DNA from: Deltaproteobacteria bacterium
GTDB lineage: Bacteria > Myxococcota_A > UBA9160 > SMWR01
Assembly (NCBI GenBank): GCA_019310965.1
Contig: JAFDDG010000030.1
Location: 2,390-66,389, forward strand
Direction of reading: 5' to 3'
DNA length: 64,000 nucleotides
Numbering within the stretch: position 1 is the stretch's first letter; each line of letters begins with the position of its first letter. The position numbers and the translations under genes were made by a program. This document shows, in pieces, positions 28,252 to 37,327 of this stretch. The notes under the pieces are model-generated. The model saw only the letters and a list, made by a program, of their open reading frames with translations, was not told the DNA's origin and did not search any database.

Positions 28252-30546
28252 TCAGCGAAGCGGTGTCGCGCCCCCGAGCATCGAGCGCGCAACGCCGTCG
28301 ATCTCGGCCGGCGCCATCACCTCGAGCTGCGGCAGAGCCGTGCCTGCGGGCACGCCAGCGGTGCGCGCGACGACGAGCCCAGCGCCGGGCGGCGTGCCCC
28401 CGCGGTGCACGACAAGACGTCTGGAGCGCAACTCCAGGACGAGCTGCCGGCCATCGACGAGTCGCGCCTGCGACAGACAGGTGATGCGGGGGATCGCTTC
28501 GCCGGAGGCCAGTGTGTAGCGGAGTGCAACCGACTGGCCCGCCGCCAGCCGCCACGAAGCGCGCAGCGCAACGCGGCGGCGCGGGAAGCGCAGCAGATGC
28601 TCGAGCTCGACGGCGCCCTGCCCCACCGCGCGCACCTCCAGCTCCACCTCGAGCCACTCGCCGGGCGCCAACGCCACCGGTGTGCCGTGGACGAGCTGCC
28701 AGCCGCGCCCGTCGACCACGAAGCGCGCGTCTCCGACGAGGGCCAGGGCCAGCTCCGGCTCGTCGGTGCCCGGCCCGCTCGCCGCCGCGACGTCCAGCGC
28801 GAGAGTCTCGAGCTCGGGACGCCGCGCCAGGGACCGCAACGTCGGCGCGAACATGCGACCGCTGAAGGCATCGAAGCCCGCGCAGTCAGCACCACCCTCG
28901 CTGCAATGCAAGAGGTAGCCGTCCGGCGCGAGTGCGCTCAGCGTGCGCAGGTTCACGTTGCCGAAGAACAGGTGGCGCCCGACGGCATAGCGGCGAAACA
29001 GGCTGCGCCCGTGCAAGCCATCGGCGGCAGCGGCCAACCCCAGGTAGTCGAGCACCGAGAGGGCGACGTCCGACTGCGCGTGGGGAACGTCGATCCGCTC
29101 GCGCTCACGCTCGGGCAACAACGCCGCGAGAAAGCCCCAGTTCTGGGTCAACTCCGCCGTCACGGTGTCCGACGTTCCGGGCCACAGGCCGGCCGCCTCG
29201 TCCGAGGTAATCAACACGAGCGTATCGTCACGCACACCGGCGCCTTCGAGCCAGACCAGGAACTCGCCGATGGCGCCATCGAGGCTGTCGAAGGCCGCTC
29301 CCGCGCCACCTCCGCCACCAGCCGTCGCCGGCACGACGTAGGGATGGTGCGTGCCGACGCTGAGCAGCGTCAGGAACCAGGGATCCGGCTCCGCGCGGAG
29401 CGCCTCGATCAGGCGCGTGGCACCCGCGAAGAACGAGCGATCGTCGACCCCCCAGAGCGTGCGCAGGGTGTAGTGCTCGAACCAGTCGGTGCCCAGCACC
29501 TGCTGGAAGCCAGCACGGGGCAAGAACTGATCCTTGGCCATGAAGGACAGGGGCGCCGCTTGCAGGTAGAGCGTCCGGTAGCCGCGTTCGCGCAGCCGTT
29601 CCGGCAGACAGCGCCGCCCGAGACCGCGCGAAGCTACCGTCATCTTGGGCAGACCCTGGATGAGACTCGGCATCTCGCCGCACAAGAGCGCATAGAGGCC
29701 GCGATCCGTGCGCCGGTTGTGATTCAGGAAAGTGGCGTAGCCGACGTTCTCGGCAAAGATCGCGTCGAGTCGCGGCAGGGGATGCGCGGCGCGCCGTCCG
29801 TGCGCCCGCGCCGCGGTCGCGAGGTCCGCTCCGGAGACCCCTTCCAGCACCACGAGCAGGACGTTGCGGCCCTCGCTGCCCAGCGCGAAGCGCGGCTCGC
29901 CGGAGAGATCGCCCAGCAGAGCGGGGTGGCGGGCGGCCAACCCACCGTCCTCCGCACCCGGAGCCGTGCGGCGGTTCGCGAGCCAGACCGCGTTCTGCGA
30001 GATCGCGTTGACCTGTCGCCAGGTCGCGATGCGCGCATCGCTCGCCGGGAGCGACGCGCCGCCGAGAAAGAGGAGGCTTGCGCCAACGATCGCCGCGACC
30101 GCGCGCGGACCCAGACCCGAGAACCCGTACCACGCCGCAACCCCACCGGCGCCCGTCAACGCGACCCATAGCAACGGACGCATTGGCGCCAGCACCGAGC
30201 CGCCAAAGAAGGTGGCGTCGCCGAGAAAGCCGGCATCTGCGAAGTTCACGACCGCGCGCAGCGCCCGCACCGTCTCGTAGTTCGCATAGTGAACACCCGT
30301 CAGCAGCACCACGCCCAGCAATGCAACGCTCCGGAGCCGCCGCGCCGGCCACCACAGGGCGCCGAGACACAGACCGGCCACGCCGACATCCGCCGCCAGG
30401 CCGCGCAAGTCGCCCCAGCCTGGCTCCGCTTCCACGTCGATGAGAGCGATGCCGCGCAACACCAGCGGAGCGGCCAGCAACGCCAGCCATGCGAGCGCCG
30501 CGGTTCCAACCGGCCGGTGCCCCTCGCGTGCCTGCCGTGCTGCCAC
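28252..30546 (-). CDS. LtaS/OpgB-like membrane phosphotransferase (alkaline-phosphatase superfamily) with about 270-aa C-terminal extension
   Basis: ORF 28252..30546, 764 aa. N-terminal TM bundle, then NVLLVVLEGVSG, NHNRRTDRGLYALLCGE and LSVGTHHPYVVP. It is a paralog of 38831..41164. Confidence 0.7.
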   Translation of the reverse strand: MAARQAREGHRPVGTAALAWLALLAAPLVLRGIALIDVEAEPGWGDLRGLAADVGVAGLCLGALWWPARRLRSVALLGVVLLTGVHYANYETVRALRAVVNFADAGFLGDATFFGGSVLAPMRPLLWVALTGAGGVAAWYGFSGLGPRAVAAIVGASLLFLGGASLPASDARIATWRQVNAISQNAVWLANRRTAPGAEDGGLAARHPALLGDLSGEPRFALGSEGRNVLLVVLEGVSGADLATAARAHGRRAAHPLPRLDAIFAENVGYATFLNHNRRTDRGLYALLCGEMPSLIQGLPKMTVASRGLGRRCLPERLRERGYRTLYLQAAPLSFMAKDQFLPRAGFQQVLGTDWFEHYTLRTLWGVDDRSFFAGATRLIEALRAEPDPWFLTLLSVGTHHPYVVPATAGGGGGAGAAFDSLDGAIGEFLVWLEGAGVRDDTLVLITSDEAAGLWPGTSDTVTAELTQNWGFLAALLPERERERIDVPHAQSDVALSVLDYLGLAAAADGLHGRSLFRRYAVGRHLFFGNVNLRTLSALAPDGYLLHCSEGGADCAGFDAFSGRMFAPTLRSLARRPELETLALDVAAASGPGTDEPELALALVGDARFVVDGRGWQLVHGTPVALAPGEWLEVELEVRAVGQGAVELEHLLRFPRRRVALRASWRLAAGQSVALRYTLASGEAIPRITCLSQARLVDGRQLVLELRSRRLVVHRGGTPPGAGLVVARTAGVPAGTALPQLEVMAPAEIDGVARSMLGGATPLR

Positions 30547-30569
30547 TGCGCGCGAGGATACCGCGCGCC

Positions 30570-31952
30570 TCAGCGCACGTACCCCAGCTCCCGCAGCGAA
30601 CGTTCGACGTCCGGGTCCATCTCGCCGCGCGGCGGCGGCAGCTCGGTGAGCGCAGTGCCGTGCTCCTCCAGGAGCGCGTTCAGTCTGCGCTCCAGCGCCT
30701 TCGCGACTTCGGGCTCGTCCGCCACGAGATTGCGCGTCTCGCGGGGATCGGCGACGACATCGTAGAGCTCGTGTCGCCCGTCGGAGCCCCAGATGAGCTT
30801 GTGCGGCCCGACCCGCAGCGAGCGGATGAGGCGGAGATACGGCGCCAGCGACGCGCCTTTGCGCGCCTCTTCGGGGAAGTAGGCGATGAACTGCTTCGGG
30901 TAGTAGTACTCGCCCACCACCGGGCGGTCCTGCGGCAGCGCCGCGGCCAGGAGATCGCTGCCCACGCCCGGGGCGCTCACCCCCGCGGCTGCAGCAACCG
31001 TCGCAAACACGTCGGTCAGCTGCACCGGCTCACTCCGACGCGTCCCGGCGCCCGCCCCACCGGGCGGGCGAATCGCCAGCGGTACCCGCAGCGTCGAGTC
31101 GTAGAGAACGAACGAGTGCCCCTGGTGGTCATTGTCGCCCAGGTTCTCGCCGTGATCCGAAACGGCAACGACGAGGCTCGCATCTTCGAGCCCGCGATCG
31201 CGCAGCATCCGCAACAGATTGCCCAAAGCCTGATCGACGGTCGCCACCTCGGCGTGATACAGGCGCTGGCGCAGCGGCAGGAGGCTCTCGTCGATCGAGT
31301 CGCGGTCGATGTACCAGTCAATCACACCGAAGTTCGCCTCTCCGCGCTCGGCCTTCGAGACGTCCGCCGAGACGAAACGCGCCTGCATCGACGCTGGCGC
31401 GTCGTAGGGCCAGTGCGGTTCGATGTAATTCACGAAGAGGAAGAACGGTCGCTCGTCCTGGCGCGCATCCAACCAGAGCTCAATGGCCTTGTTCGTGCGC
31501 GCCGCCTGCCCCGGTCCAGGCAGACGCCAGGCCTCCGCGACGTTCTCGAAACCCTGCGTCAGGTTCGCGCGATCTCCGACCCATGCGTTGTTCGAGAATG
31601 CGACGGTCTCGTAACCGGCGTCACCGAGCAGCTCGGCCAACGTCTCGTGTTCGCCGGCCAGATACTGACTCACCTGATTGGCACCGTGAGTCATCGGATA
31701 CAGGCCCGTGAAGAGCGACGCATGGGAGGGCACCGTCCAGCTCGAGGTGGCGAACGCATTCTCGAAGAGCACGCCGCTCGCCGCCAGGGCGTCGAAGTGC
31801 GGAGTCTTCGCCTCGGCGTAGCCGTAGGCCGAGAAGTGATCCGCACGCGTCGTGTCGAACACCACCATCACGACGTGAGGCCGCGCCGGAGCCCCACTGC
31901 AGCCCAGCGCCGCAGCCAGCCCCAGGACACAGGCCGCTTCGCCCCAGCGCAT
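30570..31952 (-). CDS. Sulfatase-fold lipoprotein with non-canonical T-x-P-x-H active-site motif
   Basis: ATG 31952 in ORF 30570..33467. The lipobox is LAAALGC. Recognisable strings are HVVMVVFDTTRADH, SSWTVPSHASLFTG and AVSDHGENLG. Confidence 0.75.
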   Translation of the reverse strand: MRWGEAACVLGLAAALGCSGAPARPHVVMVVFDTTRADHFSAYGYAEAKTPHFDALAASGVLFENAFATSSWTVPSHASLFTGLYPMTHGANQVSQYLAGEHETLAELLGDAGYETVAFSNNAWVGDRANLTQGFENVAEAWRLPGPGQAARTNKAIELWLDARQDERPFFLFVNYIEPHWPYDAPASMQARFVSADVSKAERGEANFGVIDWYIDRDSIDESLLPLRQRLYHAEVATVDQALGNLLRMLRDRGLEDASLVVAVSDHGENLGDNDHQGHSFVLYDSTLRVPLAIRPPGGAGAGTRRSEPVQLTDVFATVAAAAGVSAPGVGSDLLAAALPQDRPVVGEYYYPKQFIAYFPEEARKGASLAPYLRLIRSLRVGPHKLIWGSDGRHELYDVVADPRETRNLVADEPEVAKALERRLNALLEEHGTALTELPPPRGEMDPDVERSLRELGYVR

Positions 31953-33373
31953 CACGGAGCCATCCCGCGCACGAAGGGAAAGCCCGCGCCGCCGGTGGCC
32001 AGCAGATCGACGAGCAGCGGAAGATCCCGCGCCCAGGCGAGAAGCAGCCAAGCGGCCGTCGCCACGCAGAGACCCGCGGCCTGGTGATCGCACCGCAGGC
32101 GCTCGAGCGCGGCTTGGCGGCTCGTCACGAGCCATGCGCAGCCGAGCAGGAAGAACGGCCGCAGCGGCACGGCGTAACGCGAGAGCGAGTACGTGAGGCC
32201 GAAGAGCACGACGGCGTGCAGCAGCGCCATGAGCGCGATGCCACGGAGCGGCGAGGCTGGCTGGAGAATCAGGCCCGCGCTCCCGCCGGCGTAGAGCAAC
32301 GCAGTCCACAGGACACACCACACGGTGAGCAGCGCCGTCAGGGAGGGAGAAGATGCCACGCCGTACCAGTCGTTGCGCAGATGCCGCAGCACGAAGTTGT
32401 CGAGAGTGAAGAGGTGCACCGCCTCCCACAGAGACTTCCGCACGAAGCGGCCCGGCGCTTCGGCGATGCGCCGCCCGGCGCGGCGCAGCGCCAGGCGCTG
32501 TGCCGCGCCGGGGTCGCGCTCGGCGGCCACCATGTAGTGAAGATTGCCGATGGCAGCCCAGGCCGGGCTCCAGCGGTCGTCCTTGTCGACGCGATGCGCT
32601 CCCGGCTCGGTGCCGACCAGCACGTTGTAGGGCCCGTTGGTATCGACCAGAAAGAATGCGCCGGTCTGCCGCGCATTGCGCAACGACCAGGGCAACACCA
32701 CGGCACAGGTCGAGCAGGTCAGGGCGACGAAGGCGATCGCAGCCGGGCGCAGCTGAGCCGTTCCGCGCCGGCGGGCCACGAGCCAGGCCCAGGGCAGCAG
32801 CAGCGGCAAGAAAGTCAGGAGCTGCGGGCGCGCCAGAGCAGCCAGGCCAAAACACAAGCCGCCGACAGCCCAATGTGCCGGGCGCACGCGCCGTGCATCG
32901 AAGACGAGCGCGGCAATGCCGCCCAGCAAGAGCGCGATGTAGAGAGTCTCGGACCAGAGCAGGTGAGAGAAGCCGATCAGCACCGGGTCGAGAGCGAAGC
33001 CGAAGCCCGCGACCCTCGCCGCCACGCGACCCGAGAGCCGCTCTGCAAGCCATGCGATCGCAAAGACCGAAAGCGCGCCCAGCAGCGCCTGCACGGCTCG
33101 TACGGCGACCGCCCCGGGACCTAGCTCCACGAAGAACGACATGAACGCCGGATGCAGCGGCGGACGAAAATTCGACCCGAAGCCCTCCCCCCGCGCCAGT
33201 CCTTCCGCGAGTCGCCAGTAGTCGATCTCGTCGTTGACCGGCGTCGGGTCGGGGAACCACGCGACGAGACCGCCGCGCAGCAGCAGAGCGAGGCCGAACG
33301 CCCCGAGGATCCAGGGATCGCGCAGACAACTCGGATTGGCGGGACTCTCGACCGGCATGATGGGCACCGCCAT
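31952..33373 (-). CDS. GT-C fold glycosyltransferase (ArnT/PMT-like, GT39/GT83-type)
   Basis: ORF 31952..33397; start ATG 33373 or 33358. There are many TM helices. The first-loop motif is NDEIDYWRLAEGLARGEGF. Its stop overlaps the downstream ATG (TGATG). Confidence 0.65.
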   Translation of the reverse strand: MAVPIMPVESPANPSCLRDPWILGAFGLALLLRGGLVAWFPDPTPVNDEIDYWRLAEGLARGEGFGSNFRPPLHPAFMSFFVELGPGAVAVRAVQALLGALSVFAIAWLAERLSGRVAARVAGFGFALDPVLIGFSHLLWSETLYIALLLGGIAALVFDARRVRPAHWAVGGLCFGLAALARPQLLTFLPLLLPWAWLVARRRGTAQLRPAAIAFVALTCSTCAVVLPWSLRNARQTGAFFLVDTNGPYNVLVGTEPGAHRVDKDDRWSPAWAAIGNLHYMVAAERDPGAAQRLALRRAGRRIAEAPGRFVRKSLWEAVHLFTLDNFVLRHLRNDWYGVASSPSLTALLTVWCVLWTALLYAGGSAGLILQPASPLRGIALMALLHAVVLFGLTYSLSRYAVPLRPFFLLGCAWLVTSRQAALERLRCDHQAAGLCVATAAWLLLAWARDLPLLVDLLATGGAGFPFVRGMAP

Positions 33374-33435
33374 GGTAGCCGGCCCGCCGCGGCACAAGGG
33401 CTCTGGTATGATCGCCGACTCGACCGCACGAGGAG

Positions 33436-33651
33436 ATGAGGGCGTTGCCCGGCCTGCACGATTTCACGGCTCAGCGAAACGACGGCGATCTGCAGTCGCT
33501 CGGCGGCTGTGCCGGCAAGGTCTGCCCGATGGGGAAGGTCGCCTCGACGTTCCCGCTCGATGGACCGGCAGCCGCCGTGACGCGCTTCGAACCACCGGCG
33601 GAGCCCGGGGCGTCGGAGTTGCTGGCTGCCATCGAGTCCGCGCTCGGGTGA
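33436..33651 (+). CDS. Small ORF (71 aa) with faint SelD/PurM-N-terminal-like GCAGK motif; may be a gene remnant or non-coding
   Basis: ORF 33436..33651. Third-codon positions are G/C-rich like real genes. LQSLGGCAGKVCPMGKV weakly recalls the SelD motif GxGCxxKxxPxxL. Confidence 0.25.
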   Translation: MRALPGLHDFTAQRNDGDLQSLGGCAGKVCPMGKVASTFPLDGPAAAVTRFEPPAEPGASELLAAIESALG

Positions 33652-33673
33652 GCGGGCGCCGTCGCGCGCGACC

Positions 33674-35035
33674 ATGCCGGCGCGTCGCCTCGCCCCCTGG
33701 CTCGCTCTCGCGCTGCTCGCAGGAAGCGTGCGCTGGGGCGCATTCGAAACGGCGCAGCCCGTCGCGCTGCTGGGCGACGAGAACTACTACGTCGAGGTCG
33801 CCGACAATCTGGCGCGAGGACGCGGTCACCTCTACGTCGGCCAGCTGGAAGGCGAGGCGCGGGCCTGGCGCCCACCCGGCCACGCATGGTTGCTCTCGCT
33901 CGGCATCGACACGCAACGGCCGGCGCGAGAGGCGCCGGAGCTGGACACGGCCGTCGTCGCACGACTGCAGCGCTCGCAAATCTGGCTCGGCACCGCGCTG
34001 GTACTGCTCACCGCCGCGCTCGGCCGCTCGCTCTTCGACGCGCGCAGCGGCTGGCTGGCCGGCGGCCTGGCGGCGCTCTATCCGGCCCTGATTGCCCACA
34101 GCCACTATCTCTGGTCGGAAACCTGGTTCTCGGTTCAGCTGCTCGCTGCGCTGTGGGCGGCCGTCAAGACGGCGGAGCGGCCGGGCCCGGCGGGTGTGGT
34201 GGCCACGGGCCTCGCATTCGGTGTGGCGGCGCTGACCCGCGAGCAGGCGCTGGTGGCGGCGGCAGCCTGCGGGCTCTGGTGGCTCAGCGAAGCGGACGGG
34301 CGCCGCGCCGCACTCGTCCGCGCAACGGCCATGCTGGCTCTGGCCTTCGCGGTGACCCTGCCGTGGATGGCGCGCAATCACACGAGCTTCGGGCGCTGGA
34401 TCGGCATCTCGACGGTCGGCTGGTTTGCGGCGGCCGAGGGCAACAGCCTCGAGTCACCCGAGTGGTGGCGGCGCCGCGGCCCGGTGCAGGGCCAGTTTCA
34501 CGCCGACTACTTCTCGACGCGGAACGAGGGCGAGCGGCTCGACCTGGCACGCGAGCACGCTATCGCACGCATCGTGGCAGAGCAGCCGGCGTGGCTCTTC
34601 AAGAAGAGCGTCCGCAATCTGGCGCTTCTCGCGAACCCCGACTCCGTCGTTCGCACCAAGGTTCGCAACGGAGCCTACGGGGACCGCCCGGCAGCCCCGG
34701 CGCGCTGGCTCCTGGCCGCAAGCACGCCGGCCTGGCTCGCCCTGGCGAGCTGCGCGGCGCTCGGGATCGCCGCGTCCCGGGCGGGAGGACGTCGGCTCTT
34801 GGCAGTGCTGCTGCTGGGTGCGGTGGCCGCGCTTCACATTGCCACCAACGCCACACCACGCTTTCGCGTGCCGTGGCTGCCGCTGCTGTGCGTCTACGCC
34901 GCACACGCCGTCTGGCTGGGTCGCGGGCTCTTCGCCCGCCTCGACCGCCGGGGGCTCGCGGGCGCGGGCATCGCCCTCGTCTTCCTCTTCGGCGTCGCCC
35001 TGCCCTACTACTGGATGTGGGGCGGTCGGCCCTGA
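33674..35035 (+). CDS. GT-C fold glycosyltransferase (ArnT/PMT-like)
   Basis: ORF 33674..35035. The first-loop motif is GDENYYVEVADNLARGRG. It is polytopic, with a HYLWSETWF motif paralleling HLLWSETLY in 31952..33373. Confidence 0.65.
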   Translation: MPARRLAPWLALALLAGSVRWGAFETAQPVALLGDENYYVEVADNLARGRGHLYVGQLEGEARAWRPPGHAWLLSLGIDTQRPAREAPELDTAVVARLQRSQIWLGTALVLLTAALGRSLFDARSGWLAGGLAALYPALIAHSHYLWSETWFSVQLLAALWAAVKTAERPGPAGVVATGLAFGVAALTREQALVAAAACGLWWLSEADGRRAALVRATAMLALAFAVTLPWMARNHTSFGRWIGISTVGWFAAAEGNSLESPEWWRRRGPVQGQFHADYFSTRNEGERLDLAREHAIARIVAEQPAWLFKKSVRNLALLANPDSVVRTKVRNGAYGDRPAAPARWLLAASTPAWLALASCAALGIAASRAGGRRLLAVLLLGAVAALHIATNATPRFRVPWLPLLCVYAAHAVWLGRGLFARLDRRGLAGAGIALVFLFGVALPYYWMWGGRP

Positions 35036-35045
35036 GTGCCGATCG

Positions 35046-35636
35046 TCACTCGCCGCGCAGGTGCGCCGTCTCGTTCAAGCTCAACACGCTGCGCTCCCCC
35101 GAGCTGGCAGCCAGGTAGCGACTCACACTCGTGTATACCGGCTCGAAGAGAAAGAGGCGCTCGAGCCCGAGCAGGTGCGAAGTCCAGGCGTTGATGACGC
35201 CCCCGTGGCAGACCACAGCGACGCGAACACCCGGATGGGCAGCGATGATCCGCTCGAGCGCTGCGACCACGGTCGCGCGGAACGTCTCGGCTTCTCCTTC
35301 GAGATAGAAGCCGCTGCTGACGAGAGCCTTCCAACGCGCAGGGTCCTGCGCCTTCAGCTCTTCCAGCGGCACGTAGTGATCCGCCGCCGCATCGAACTCC
35401 GTCACCCCCACCTCGATACGCGCGTCGAGCCCGTGCACCGCCGCGACGGGCTGCGCGGTCTCGCGCGCACGTCGCAGGGGACTCGCGTAGAGCGCATCGA
35501 TGGGCTCGCCGCCGAGCCAGCGACCGAGCGCCGCCGCCTGGGAGCGACCCCGCGCCGACAGCGGCGGATCGGCGGCACTGCCATCGTCCGTGACCCGCCG
35601 GACGGGCAGGCCGTGGCGGATGAGGCAGAGCTGCAC
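35046..35636 (-). CDS. Histidine phosphatase family protein (phosphoglycerate-mutase-like)
   Basis: ORF 35046..35636. The catalytic RHG is in MQLCLIRHGLP, followed by LSARGRSQAAALG, SPLRRARETA and VVCHGGVI. Confidence 0.8.
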   Translation of the reverse strand: MQLCLIRHGLPVRRVTDDGSAADPPLSARGRSQAAALGRWLGGEPIDALYASPLRRARETAQPVAAVHGLDARIEVGVTEFDAAADHYVPLEELKAQDPARWKALVSSGFYLEGEAETFRATVVAALERIIAAHPGVRVAVVCHGGVINAWTSHLLGLERLFLFEPVYTSVSRYLAASSGERSVLSLNETAHLRGE

Positions 35637-35651
35637 TCCCGATCCCGGCGC

Positions 35652-36461
35652 TCAGTCGAGGTACATGCCGCCGTTGGCGGCGAAGACCTGTCCCGTCGTA
35701 AAACCGAAGAGCTTCGGGTCCGAGATCGCACAGATGGTGGCGGCGATCTCCTCGGGCTGCGCGATGCGCCCGACCAGGGTCATGCGCTCAAAGGCCCTGC
35801 GACCCTCTTCGGGAACCTGCGCGAGCATCGGCGTATCCACCGGCCCCGGCGCAATCGCGTTGACGCGCGCGCCGTAGCCGGAGAACTCGCGAGCGGTCGT
35901 GCGGGTGACTGCTTCGATGGCACCCTTGGCGGCGGTGTAATCGACTTGTCCGATGTTGCCGTTGCGCGCGCTCACCGACGAGAAATTCATGATGCAGCGG
36001 TTGACGCCATCGTCGAGCCGCTGGTTGCCATTCGCCTTGAAGAGCGGGTGCCAGTGCTGGTTCGCAACCTCTCGGGTGAACAGGAACGTGCCGTGCAGGT
36101 GCACCGCCACGACGGCCTTGAAGTCGTCGAGGGTCTTCTTCGTGATGCGCGCGTCGCGGGTAATGCCCGCCACATTGACGAGGCCATTGATGCAGCCACT
36201 GGCCTCCATCACCGTGCCGACGGCGCGCACCACATCCGCCTCTTCAGTGACGTTGGCCGCAACGGCCAGCGGCTCGACGGCGCCCTGGGCCTTGATCTCG
36301 TCGCGCACCTCCGCGACCCGGCCGGCGTCGAGATCGATCACTGCCACCTGGGCGCCGTGGGCGGCCAGCGCGGTCGCAACGCAGAGACCGATGCCCTGTC
36401 CGGCCCCCGTCACGATGTGGGTCTCGCCCTCGAAAGCTCCATCGCGCAGCCACCGCTCCAT
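35652..36461 (-). CDS. SDR family oxidoreductase (FabG-like)
   Basis: ATG 36461 in ORF 35652..36704. Recognisable strings are VTGAGQGIG, NVAGI and YTAAKGA. It lies 15 nt upstream of the phosphatase gene. Confidence 0.82.
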   Translation of the reverse strand: MERWLRDGAFEGETHIVTGAGQGIGLCVATALAAHGAQVAVIDLDAGRVAEVRDEIKAQGAVEPLAVAANVTEEADVVRAVGTVMEASGCINGLVNVAGITRDARITKKTLDDFKAVVAVHLHGTFLFTREVANQHWHPLFKANGNQRLDDGVNRCIMNFSSVSARNGNIGQVDYTAAKGAIEAVTRTTAREFSGYGARVNAIAPGPVDTPMLAQVPEEGRRAFERMTLVGRIAQPEEIAATICAISDPKLFGFTTGQVFAANGGMYLD

Positions 36462-36691
36462 ACACGCTCTCCTCTCCAGCCCGTCGCCGCGGGCGGGGGC
36501 GAAACATCGCGGATGAGGACCGCACACACAAGCCGCACACCGCGCGGCGAGCGCGCTGGGCCGCCCTCCCCCTGGGGGGAGCGGCGTCCATCGGGGTCCG
36601 CCGGGTTTGGGCTCCAGCGGCGCGCTATTCATTGGCTCCATTGCATCCCGGGCGGGGGAGCCGGTGGATGCGGCGGTGTGAGTTCCGAACG

Positions 36692-37327
36692 ATGCGATCC
36701 GCACGCCAATCTCGTCCTTCTCGCGGGCGGCGCTTCGCCGAGCGACTGCTCGCCGTGCTCGTCGCGTTGGATGCGGCCTTCGTGGTGTGGATCTGGCTGC
36801 ACGGCCCGTTCAAGCTCGACGTCGGCAGGCTGCCGTTCGGGATCGAGCAGGCGAACCCGCTGCACGTGCTCCCCGTGCTGGGGCTCGCATGGTGCGCGCT
36901 CACCTGGCGCAACCGGCGAAGCTGGCTTGGCCTGGCTCCCGAACACACCTTGCATCTGCGCGGCGTCCACCCGTTGGCATGGCTGATCCTGCCTCTGTCT
37001 GCGGCATTGCTCGGCGCCCAGCTGCTCGCGCCGCTGGTTCGAGGCCTCGTACAGCGCCCCTCACCGGAGCCGGTCGTCGTGTGGATCGACGACCTCGATC
37101 GCCGCGGCCATTCGGCGGCGTTCTACCTCTATCCGAGACTCATGTTGATGGAGCCCGCACAGCGACGCTGGACGCTCCAGCAGCGCATGACGGTACGCGG
37201 CGGCCCCAATCCGCACTTCCGGATCGGACACCGACCGTCGGAAGCCCGCTCCCGGGCCTTCGCCAAGGAACGCGGAGCCGAGCTCGTATTCGCAAAACGC
37301 GCGGGCGGGCAGCAAGCCAGTCCATGA
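36692..37327 (+). CDS. Hypothetical membrane protein
   Basis: ORF 36632..37327; start ATG 36692, 36668 or 36632. The TM segment is LLAVLVALDAAFVVWIWL. Its stop overlaps the next start (ATGA). No family recognised. Confidence 0.4.
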   Translation: MRSARQSRPSRGRRFAERLLAVLVALDAAFVVWIWLHGPFKLDVGRLPFGIEQANPLHVLPVLGLAWCALTWRNRRSWLGLAPEHTLHLRGVHPLAWLILPLSAALLGAQLLAPLVRGLVQRPSPEPVVVWIDDLDRRGHSAAFYLYPRLMLMEPAQRRWTLQQRMTVRGGPNPHFRIGHRPSEARSRAFAKERGAELVFAKRAGGQQASP

